63,981 nucleotides of DNA from Octopus bimaculoides. Taxonomy: Eukaryota. The notes under the pieces are model-generated. The model did no database searches and was not told the DNA's origin. It was given only the letters and a program-made list of their open reading frames with translations. How positions within the stretch are numbered: position 1 is the stretch's first letter; each line of letters opens with the position of its first letter. The stretch lies in NCBI RefSeq assembly GCF_001194135.2, contig NC_068984.1:134287073-134351053 (forward strand). The letters run 5' to 3'. The position numbers were made by a program, and so were the translations under genes. This document shows positions 54,171 through 63,981 of the stretch, piece by piece.

Positions 54171-54923
54171 CTTTGCAGCCTGCAATTACTGGACCGTGAA
54201 GATGTGTGGCATTTGTTAACACTTTAGGATAAATGTCATTAAGGTCAATTGAAGCCATGCATCCTTGGAATCCGTGTTTAGAACGAATTGATTTTGGTAA
54301 ATTGGCAAAAACTGTCTTTTTTACCCCTCCAAGATAGAGGGGTCCCTCGAGATCAAAGTGGATAGCTCTTCCATTGAGGACGGGGATCATCTCAGTAGGA
54401 TTGATGTCAACTCGAAACAACTGAGAATTTTTCTCAAGGCGGGAGAGTGATACCAAATGCCATTGGTTGTCATTTAAGGGACCTGGAGTGTTTCCTTTTA
54501 TCACTTGGGCCCCATTGCCCAGATTATATGTATAATAGATATAGCCATCTACAAGTTCTAGTGCAAGAAAGTCCTTTTCTTTGCCACCGCTATACAGCAA
54601 CAGGCCATCAGGTTCCGTGGTTTTGAATTTGAAAGAAATGACAAACAATAAATGGATGTTGAGTGTGCTTAGTTCGGCAAAGGCAGATGTTTGCTTAAAT
54701 GTGATTGGGTCTCTAGCAATGTTTGATCCCCCATCAAACTGTGCGCTGACTTCAATATTTTTTGCCTTGCCGGACTTTGCCATTTCAAAATAGTGTTTTT
54801 TATTGAAAACTAGCTGTTGCATGAGTCCAATAAAACTGGCATAACCATGAATTGTATTGTCATCTGTAAGTTTGCTAGCTTCACCATGAAACTCTGAAAC
54901 ACTTGAAGTTGCAGGAAGCTCTT
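54171..54923 (-). CDS. Nrx-1: Alpha-neurexin exon: end of LNS4 and LNS5
   Basis: ttattctag|AA GAG ... AAA G|GTAAGC; 753 nt, phase 1-1. EELPATSSVSEFHGEASKLTDDNTIHGYASFIGLMQQLVFN...DPITFK...PLNDNQWH...GFQGCMASIDLN...IAGCK. The VD-to-EFH spacing (16 aa) equals my recollection of vertebrate NRXN1, so no exon appears to be missing. Confidence 0.96.
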
Positions 54924-56614
54924 CTAGAATAAGAAAATTAATAGAAAATTGCTGATAATTGACATTTGAAAAAGTATCACAATGAAAAACTTGAATCTAC
55001 TTTTTTTTTGTTAATTTCTTGGATCTTTCTACTTTTATATAAATAATTAAGTCTACTGACTAATGTCTATATTTATATACAAAGCATATTATTTATATTT
55101 TCCTTTAGGCAGAAAATTGCAGGGTCATTAGAGCATTGAATTAAATGCTTTGTGGTATTTGTTTAAACTCTTAGCACACTAAGATCAAATCCTTCCAAGG
55201 ATTTTATTCTTTCAAAATCAATAAAAAGTATCAAACCAGGTCGATAGATTGAAGGAATGTTGGCCAGGCAGCTTGTGGTATCAGTTCAGACTCTTTGCAT
55301 TCTGACTGCATTATTTGTGATGATGTTGATGCCAAGTTGCATTGGCCCAAACTGGTGGCTTTTTCCTTTTATAAACATCAGTATTTTGGAGAGAGGAGAC
55401 TTGCATGCATGGGTAACTGTCAGTCTTTCTCAAAAAAAATCTTATCCAAATCTGGACATATGAGTACAAATACATGGTCAACCTTGACTGATAAAAATCT
55501 CATATACATTTATAAAAAATATATAAAGATTCATTTATAAATATTGAAGTCTCAAAATGATTTAAACTGCATTAATATTTTTAATATCAAGCAAGAATTA
55601 TATTATTCTGAAGGTATGCTGAGTTAATAAATGAAATATTTTTCTAGTATTAGTTGTATAGTACATGACAACCTTATTAGTAGTAGTATGGGGGCATGCA
55701 CTGTAACAACATGTTGCTGAATACATTATTTGTTGGTAATTATCTACTCCTGGCAGATGATGCCTTTGCACAACTCAGGTGACAGCCATCCAAGCCATGG
55801 GTCTGTTTGGGTAGTCATTGCTGGTGAGGGTTTTATGAGGTTGGAGTGCAAATCCAACCTCGACCACTTTTATTGCTTTTATGACATGCAGAGATGTTGG
55901 GTTAAATTTTTGGCATGCCAGTCCCCACACAACACATCCTTACTGAGAACAAATAATGCTATCTAATATGAAGCTACTAAAAATATTATCAGATTTATTA
56001 TCAAAATAACTGCATAAAATATTTAAAGCATAACTATCATACATCAGTCAGGTAATTGGTACTTTTAATATTTTTCCTGCAAATAATGAAATGTAAGATA
56101 TTTACCCGAGGGTACAGGTCCAATTGAGCCAATATATATATACTCATATTTTAAAGTTTTTCTTAGTTCTGGTAGCTTATCTAGAATAAAAAAGACATAC
56201 AATATTTAAATGGATTTTTAAAATAAATCCTTTAACCTTTACTTCTACCTTTTTCAATAATATATATGCTTATAAGGAAATAATTAAGAAACAATTTAAA
56301 TATTTATATCATAAAACTGATACTAGACATTTAGCAAAATCAACTTTCTCTTTCCAAGACTGTAAGGTTTATAGAGTTACAATATTCAGAAGTTTGTTAG
56401 CAGCATTAGCAGTTAAAATACTCTATCAAAAGATAAAATATTTGCTAACACTATATATTTTGTAACAGTTCTATCTTTTACTTTTATCTATTATTTTAAA
56501 GTATTGATTTTCAGAGGAATATACAAATATTCAGCAAAGATGTTTGCTTACAGTTTTGGTTAATTATTTTTGAAACTCTATCAGTCAATATTTTAAGCTT
56601 ATTTTTCTGCAGTA

Positions 56615-56755
56615 GATGCAGGTATAGATGTGTGGGCATGAACATTGCTTTCCAACCACATGGTCTCAAGTTCAGTCTCACTTCATGGCACATTGGGCAA
56701 GTGTCTTCTGCAATATCCTCAGGCCAACTAAAGCTGGAAATTGAAGAAACTGGTT

Positions 56756-56760
<5 letters not shown>
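56615..56760 (+). mobile_element. Diverged 5' half of SINE family A
   Basis: CCAACCACATGGTCTCAAGTTCAGTCTCAC...GGCACATTGGGCAAGTGTCTTCT followed by a (TG)n tract. Confidence 0.8.
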
Positions 56761-56812
<52 letters not shown>

Positions 56813-57037
56813 AATGCATATATGTGTATCTGGTTTATGTTGCTATGAGTGGTGTGTTGTCGCTTTTCCTGTCAACAACTTGTTTGCTTGCTTTGTGCCT
56901 TTGGAGATGTATGACACAAAAGATTCTTTTATTGAAAGACAGAAAAAGGTTACTGACAAGAAGAGCAGCTAATGCAAGATTGGTAAAATGAAGATAAACA
57001 AATAAACAAACAATAGTATATGAAAAAATATTCTTAC

Positions 57038-57146
57038 CAGTGACTGGTAAGTTATAATCAACTGCCAGCTCTACAGTTCTAGCTCTGCGCTTAACAAACA
57101 CTGTGTGCCATTGTCCATCATTGAGACTTTGGCCAGTAATTAGGGT
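57038..57146 (-). CDS. Nrx-1: Alpha-neurexin exon, middle LNS4
   Basis: ttttcag|ACC ... ACT G|GTAAGA; 109 nt, phase 0-1. TLITGQSLNDGQWHTVFVKRRARTVELAVDYNLPVT contains the LNDxxWHxV LamG motif. Confidence 0.95.
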
Positions 57147-57351
57147 CTGAAAATAATAATAATAATAATAATAATGATAATTAATATTCTATGGATGGAA
57201 TTTATAAATATTTTAACGCATTGTTATGCACATTTCCACAAATCACATCTTTCTTATGATTTTGTATTCCTGAGATGATTACAGTACAATCCATAATATC
57301 AATGGTTATCAGGAAGATCTTAGTTCATGCGTTCATTTCTTCAGGCAATAT

Positions 57352-57394
<43 letters not shown>

Positions 57395-60094
57395 ACTCTA
57401 CCATCAGCAAGTTCTCTATACTTCAACTATCTCTAATAATTCTCTTCTCTAAGAGTGACATGGAAATGCTGGAATCATATTTAAATGAAGGATGGAAGTA
57501 TCTATGAGAGGATAATTAATATTCGAATAATCATTCCATTTGGTTCAAACTTAAGACAATTGCAAATGCAATGAGATTACATCGATATTTGATCAAAATA
57601 TGAACTCTTCAATCTGAGAAAGAATTCTGTCTTTGAAAAGTATCTTTGTAAATTATTGGAAAGCACATTTTTGTAAAGAATATCCTATAAATACCTATCA
57701 TCTATACCAACAAATTATACTTCCTATCTCTGCAGATTTCATTCTGGCCTTAAAATCTTTTTGTGTATTTATTAATACATAAGCTAAATACATAGAGAAA
57801 TGAAGAGACAGCCATTATCAGGTGTATATGGCTTCATATGTATTGTATGTAAAATCCACACACATCACTGTCATTGTCATCACTGTTGGCTATTTCATTC
57901 TTTTCTCCTTTTGTTTGTTGTGCTGGTATGTCTGACAACTGGGAAAACTAATCATTGTATGGAACATGTGCCCACTCAAATTACATCAAATATATGGAGT
58001 GAGTTGTAGTTGGAACTGCCAGGTTTTTTATATTTGTCATTTGTCCTCTTCAATTCTGCAATATTGTTGTTCGATCATTTTGAAACAACTGAGATGGTTT
58101 AATATCAGAGTTTATGATCTTCTACCTGTTCTCTTCCTTGGTTTTCAGATTCAATTTGGCCTTCATAATATGATCTGTTTGAGCTGATCGATCTTTTCTA
58201 ACATTGCATATGCATACATAAAATACACAGGTACCCCTATTTGAAAACTCATACACAAACACTTACACATGTAAACAAAAATATGTTTATATATATATAT
58301 ATATATATATATATGGAGTGAGAGATATAGATATTAAACTGGTATGATAACAATGCTATTTAGAGAACATAATAAATTTATCTAAAGTTTGTTGGAAAGT
58401 TATCTAAAGGAAGTGAATTTGTAACTCCAATTGATTTTTGTAGAAATAAAGTTACAAGAATTTGGTTAGTTGTTAATCTGTTTAGAAACCATTTAGAAAA
58501 TATAACTTTGCAATAAAAGCATAGTATTTTTTTTTTTCTTTGTAAAAAAATCCAAAGACTATTTACATACATATCTGTAACAAATATCAACACATCTTTT
58601 CTGTACACTCCTTTAAAAAATTTTTGTTGTTGTTCTTTGTTTAAGTAAGTCTTTTAGAAAGATTATAAGAAATCTTCCGTTTCTCAGTTTACATTTTCTT
58701 GAAAATATTCCGTGTATTTGATAAATTACAAGCTGGGTGAATTTTCATTTTGTTTTATGAGAAACCAATATTTGATTATCTGTATTTCAATTAAATCATG
58801 CAATAGATTCTTTCCAAAGTATTGATAACTGATATCATAAAATATATTCTTTAATTTTTTTTATTAGTTGATGGTGGTACTGATGAAATATAATTAATTT
58901 GAGTTATTTTCCTTTTCTTAGAAATCACAATATTTTATACAAATATTTCTATGGTTGATTTCAGTTCAAGTGCAGTTAAAGAAAAGTTTCACATGACTTT
59001 TTTTTAAGATTATGCATATTTAAACAAAGATTTTAATGTATATAAATAGAAACAAATCCTGGAAAAGTAAATGTTTTGCACCTAGTAAATTTTATCCTAC
59101 TTCTTTCTAAACAATTAAATATTTATTAATTTACATTTTACCATGTTATCTAATATCTTTCTAAATTGCATTAATTGTAATTTACTTCAAGTTAGTTGTT
59201 ATACTGTTCCATATGAATTGTTTTAGCACCAAATAATGCATGCAATAATAGAATATTAAATTTTTGAATTAAAGTAAATAGGTGAGGTGAGTATATTGGG
59301 AAAGATATATAAAGAGACTAGAGAATGCATTCTGGGGAAGAATGACATAATTTGGTGCTAGAATATAGTAATTAAAATAGTAGACAAAGTAAAATTTAAG
59401 GAAAAGATGTTATGATTGATATATCAAAAGATTGTAGGAGCATAATCATTGCTATCTTTCCAACTTAATCTAGCATGAAAAAATGGTCATTAAATTCATG
59501 ATGGTGGTACTAATTATCTAACAGTCAAAAACATGAATCAATGTAACAGGTAGCACTTAAATGTACTAGTATCTCAGTAATTTCTATTCCATAAAATCAA
59601 TCTCTGACCAGAGTGTATTAACATTTCTTTTTCTACTCATAGAAATGATAAGACTTACAGTAACAGACATATAAAATTTATATTGCAGCTGATAAGTTTA
59701 TGCCAATAAGTGATGCATATTAAACTTTCTTTATAGTCAAATTGTTAAGTCTAGGAATTACTATGTCTAGGAATCATTTATCCTGGAGCTGAAAACAGTT
59801 TTATCTATATTTAACATTCAGTTAATATTTACAATGCCCATAATGCTCTGTGGGTTGACAGTTGTAACATCACAATCTAATGCATCTTAATACAAGTTCT
59901 ATATCTTAATACAAGTTCTTACAAATCCACTACTATCATTTGAAATCATTGTTAAACTTTAAATATTGCCATTCATACATATTACACATTCATACTCCTA
60001 AAAGTCTCCTTTCCATGCAATGACTATAAAATATTTTCACTTGATCTGTTTTTGATCTTCATAACACAAATATATCTTAGTTACTAGTACTCAC

Positions 60095-60312
60095 TCTCGT
60101 GCCACTGCCAAGTTTAATAGTGAATTTAATGGTTCCTGATTCTAACAGCAACTCCATAATATCTTTAGATTTTCCTGAGGCAGCAAGGAAGAGCAACCCA
60201 TGTGGTCTCACAGTGTTGAATCGCAATGATATATCTTCTACTTCAGATTTAGACTCTCCTTCCAATGTTATTTTCATGAACTGTGTGCCTTCAAAGTGAA
60301 GTGTTGAAGCCA
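60095..60312 (-). CDS. Nrx-1: Alpha-neurexin exon, N-terminal LNS4
   Basis: tttttag|TG GCT ... ACG AGA|GTGAGT; 218 nt, phase 1-0. (V)ASTLHFEGTQFMKITLEGESKSEVEDISLRFNTVRPHGLLFLAASGKSKDIMELLLESGTIKFTIKLGSGTR. Confidence 0.95.
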
Positions 60313-61250
60313 CTAAAAAAATGAAAATTTACATAATATTATTAATGGATCTTATAAAGTAATTCATAGTAAAATAATTTTAGAAATTCTTTTTGACCAT
60401 GGTACATGAACCTAATTCATTAATATAAATAATGCTTGTATTTTGATGTCATTGAAAATTTGATTCTTGTTCCTTTTAGTTCTATGGAAGTCACACATAG
60501 AAATATCCTTTTAACAACTTGCTTTTTATTGAATTATATTTTATAAATTAGTTTGTTTTAATATTCATTTCCCTTTTGAACAAGATAGCAACTAAAACAT
60601 TTGCTACAATCAGCTATACACGGACCATGAAAACTAGAATTAAATTAATAATTGCACACAAAAATATTAGTATTTAAAAAAAATCTAGCTTAGAAAAACA
60701 ATTATAAAAATAGCAATTATATTGATGATGATAATAATGTTGATGTGTTTATGAATATTTAAATTTAGTCAACTATGAAATCATCATCATCATAGAAAGT
60801 TATTTCTAGAGATTTTAGAAATTTTAAAAGACAAGAAGTCAGTGATGCATGTTCTGCCGGCAGCTAGCCAAGAGAATGTCTTTAGCCAAGAGAATGAATT
60901 CTCAAATGGCCCAGTTCTCCTAACTGTAAAGTAGGCAGTTAGCCCCAGGTCAGTCCTGATTAAATAAATGAATTTATCAGTCATATGTCTGGATGTGACC
61001 TTACAAAATTGATATTTCATAGTGTTGCCTCTTTGGTACTACACATGTCCAGCCTGCTGGTTTGTGGTTGTTGGCTAGCCATTTATTTAACCATGATCAT
61101 CCCAAATATCTTCTGCATCTACATGTGCAGACACTAGCTTCAACTAACAGGGGTCCCTAAAAATCAACTGTTTTCATTTAATTTGAAATAACTCACCAGC
61201 ACATGATGAAACACACTCTCTGGTTTCATAAAGCTAAAATAATAACTTAC

Positions 61251-62037
61251 CATGTTCACATAGAGTACCATAATATCCAGTTTGCCTGCAATCACAAATG
61301 AATCGATTCCAGCCCTTGGCACAGTTTCCTTGGTGCAAGCAGGGACGTTTCAAGCACTGGGATTTCATGTTTTGACATTCATTTTTCACTCCAGGTACCA
61401 TTTGTTCGACACTCAACGCAGGTAATTCGAAAGACTCCCCATTCATAAAAAAGTTGGTCAAGCAACCAACAAACCCATATCCTAGCACTCCAGCCCATAT
61501 TTCTTTTGGCAATAAAAATCGATCTTCCCTATCACCGATGCCTCCTAAATAAAGTTTACCATGCGGGCTCAATACGCTCTTGCCAGGGATTGCATAATCC
61601 GTCCTATGTCCATCCACATCGATATACCCCGCTTCTTTTGTCATATTGATGTATATTTCATGTACTGAAGCATCGTTAATTTTTTGTTCTGTTACTCTCA
61701 GCCTTTGGGAGTTTAATCCGATACTGAAAACAAAGAACAAGAAGCCATCTAGCATTTCTACTGCTAAGAAGTCATCATGATTCTCGCTCCTACTGTTGTA
61801 GAGGAGAACACTGTTTGGTTCGTTGGTTACAAATTTGAGAGATAGGTTGCCTCCTTTGGAAACGTCCCATTTCGGAAGAGTGATGAATGAGTCGGGCGAT
61901 GTGAACGTAATAGGTTCTGGATCTATATGAATGTGACATTTTCCAAATTGCACATCCCCAACGACATCGATTAAGTCATGTTTATCTCTTCCAAGTTCAA
62001 TCAAATTCAATTCAATACCATCGGCTTTGTAGAAGAC
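61251..62037 (-). CDS. Nrx-1: Alpha-neurexin exon: end of LNS2, LNS3 and EGF2
   Basis: tttcag|GTC ... CAT G|GTAAGT; 787 nt, phase 0-1. VFYKADG...DPEPITFTSPDSFITLPKW...GFVGCLTNFFMNG...CLKRPCLHQGNCAKGWNRFICDCRQTGYYGTLCEH. EGWNRFICDC and DPxTF are hallmark neurexin motifs. Confidence 0.97.
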
Positions 62038-62172
62038 CTGAAACACATATTTAAAGAAAATATACAGATTAGGAAAAATATATTAAAGAAAATATAATTG
62101 CAGTAAGAAGTATTTTGTTTTGAGATTCAGTGTTTAATCCAAATATCATTTGTTTAACATTCAATATGGATT

Positions 62173-62254
62173 CCCATTCATAAAAATGTTGGTTAAGTAA
62201 TCAGCAAACCCATATCACAGCACTCCAACACATATTGCTTTAGGCAATAAAAAT
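62173..62254 (-). pseudogene. Intronic decayed duplicate of part of the LNS3-coding exon
   Basis: 71/82 identity without gaps to 61438-61519; translates FLLPKAICVGVL*YGFADYLTNIFMNG with an in-frame stop. Confidence 0.9.
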
Positions 62255-63409
62255 GCCATAAGTGAACTTAATAAGCTTAATTTTGTAAGAAGAATAACAT
62301 GTTGGAGTTCCATTTTATTGACTGTGGAAGAATAAAAGACAAAGTAAAATTAGTTGGAAAATTTGGATATAAATACAAATATGTAAGAAAATTCTTATGA
62401 ATGATTCAACAAGTAACAAATAATTTTATAAAATCTAGTTTGGTGCCTCCAATGTTTGCATCCAAATACTAAATAAGTTTAGGAAAAGTGAAAAATAAAA
62501 TTACAGGATCATCATGCAAGTAGTATTATTCTTTATTCTATATGCTAGTTTAACCCCACCAAAATTATTGTAATAATATTTGTAGAATACTTTAACTAGT
62601 TTTGTTGATCTTTGAATGAATGATTAAGGTATATTTCCCCTTTCACACAGTATAAAATGAATAAAAACCAGTTTTAAGCTGTAAAACAGACAGAAATTCT
62701 ACAAGAATTTAATGAACTAAAAGTAAACATTTTATTGGACAGATAACTGCCAATAAAGTAATTAGATGAGTTACAGACTATAAAGCATCGTAGACTTATT
62801 AGTGAAACAATATATTCTGAATTCTTGAAAGTATTACTGATAAGCTCCTACAGAGACAATAAAGGTTTTAGAGAATGACTTTCTCCATAATTTAAGAAAG
62901 ATACTTTTGGTAGAATATTCATAAAACTTAATAAAAGCATTGCAACTTCATTAAAACATCAGATTTTAAATCAGAAACATCATGTTCATCTTTACAATTT
63001 CACTTTGACGTAGAATTAAGTTTAATAAGGTCAAAATTTCATACTATTGGATTAATGACTTTTAGATCCTGATCTTTTAAAGGAGAACATGTGAATACAT
63101 ATGATTGTTAAAATACTTCAAAAATTTCATGTGTAAAACTGAAAATAATCAACATTTTAATGGTTCATATAAAAATAATCTATTTACAGTTTGTTATAGA
63201 TACAAGGGAAAACAGGTATTTCTCTAACAAGCATACTATTAGCACTGGCTATTTCTTTTATTGATCATGACTGAAATTTTATCATTTATCACAAAGCATA
63301 ATATTTTATTGACCCATTACTAGACATAAACTTCATTACTGTTGTTAATAAAATAACATTTCATAGGAAGTTCAACAATTAAAATAAGGTAATTCAAAGA
63401 CATGCTTAC

Positions 63410-63565
63410 CTTCCTCATACAGCCTTTGAAATTTTGTTTAAGCTTTGAGCCAGGTAGGTTTAACGTATTGAGACTTCCCCCTAAGAAAAGTACTTTGCTT
63501 GAAAGCAAAGTAAACGTTCCAATCGTTGTACCAATTTTCTTGATTGTATCCACTTGAAAAGTGAT
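63410..63565 (-). CDS. Nrx-1: Alpha-neurexin exon, C-terminal part of LNS2 (laminin G) domain
   Basis: Acceptor ...gatatag|ATC and donor AAG|GTAAGC; 156 nt, phase 0-0. Encodes ITFQVDTIKKIGTTIGTFTLLSSKVLFLGGSLNTLNLPGSKLKQNFKGCMRK, matching the neurexin LNS2 end (LGG...NFxGCLxK). Joins the next exon in frame. Confidence 0.9.
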
Positions 63566-63981
63566 CTATATCACAGAATTAAAAATAAGAAAATTAGTTC
63601 ATGAAAAATGGTTTCATACCATCTGTAAAGGAGACAGAATAATTTAAATAAATTATGGAGAAGCAATAAAATTGGTCCACATGAATCGAATATAAATCTC
63701 ATATATAAATAAATGAGAAAGAAAAATAATAAGATACCAATAATAAAATTCATAAAAGACATTGCATATAATTTTTTGGGTAAAATAATTTCTAATGTAT
63801 GAATATCAGAAATTTTTACAATAAATAAGAAAAAAAAAAACTGTATTCAAAACACAGTATTCTATTGAAAAAACACAAGTAGAAATATAAAAAAAAAAAT
63901 CAAATGGTATTTCCAAAATGATATATAAATGTATACTTAAATATATACATACATACATGTGTGTGTGTGTACGTATATGTA

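Noticed and set aside
55257-55540. Plus-strand ORFs ending SYPNLDI, faintly like an hAT dimerisation motif
   Set aside because: The match is too short and no other transposase motifs follow.
54924-57037. Possible missing LNS4 exon
   Set aside because: Direct splicing keeps the frame and matches the vertebrate VD-to-EFH spacing as I recall it, so no extra exon is needed.
63571-63762. Hydrophobic minus-strand ORF (MSFMNFIIGILLFF...)
   Set aside because: T-rich intronic sequence upstream of the 63565 acceptor, with no neurexin similarity.

Overview
AT-rich, microsatellite-laden animal genomic DNA with many N gaps. The repeat families suggest an octopus or other coleoid cephalopod, which is an inference. 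The window holds eight coding exons of one alpha-neurexin gene on the minus strand, running from the end of LNS2 through LNS3, EGF2, LNS4, LNS5 and EGF3 to the first two-thirds of LNS6. All eight have GT-AG boundaries and compatible phases, giving a 2,494-nt stop-free frame. The gene continues past both window edges. A 35.8-kb intron lies where vertebrate beta-neurexins start. The introns contain decayed LINEs (CR1/L2/Jockey group and an R4/Dong-like element), several SINE families, a Penelope-like remnant, a Tigger-like transposase fragment and MITEs. Main leads: (1) fossil hammerhead ribozymes that can be reconstructed from three copies; (2) an in-frame 18-nt microexon candidate 19 nt before the EGF3 exon, at the position of vertebrate splice site 6; (3) an 87%-identical intronic copy of part of the LNS3 exon; (4) long hairpins and inverted repeats around the LNS6 exons; (5) a co-varying 3' stem-loop shared by a LINE and a SINE. 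Nearly all other ORFs in the supplied track are microsatellite or gap artefacts.
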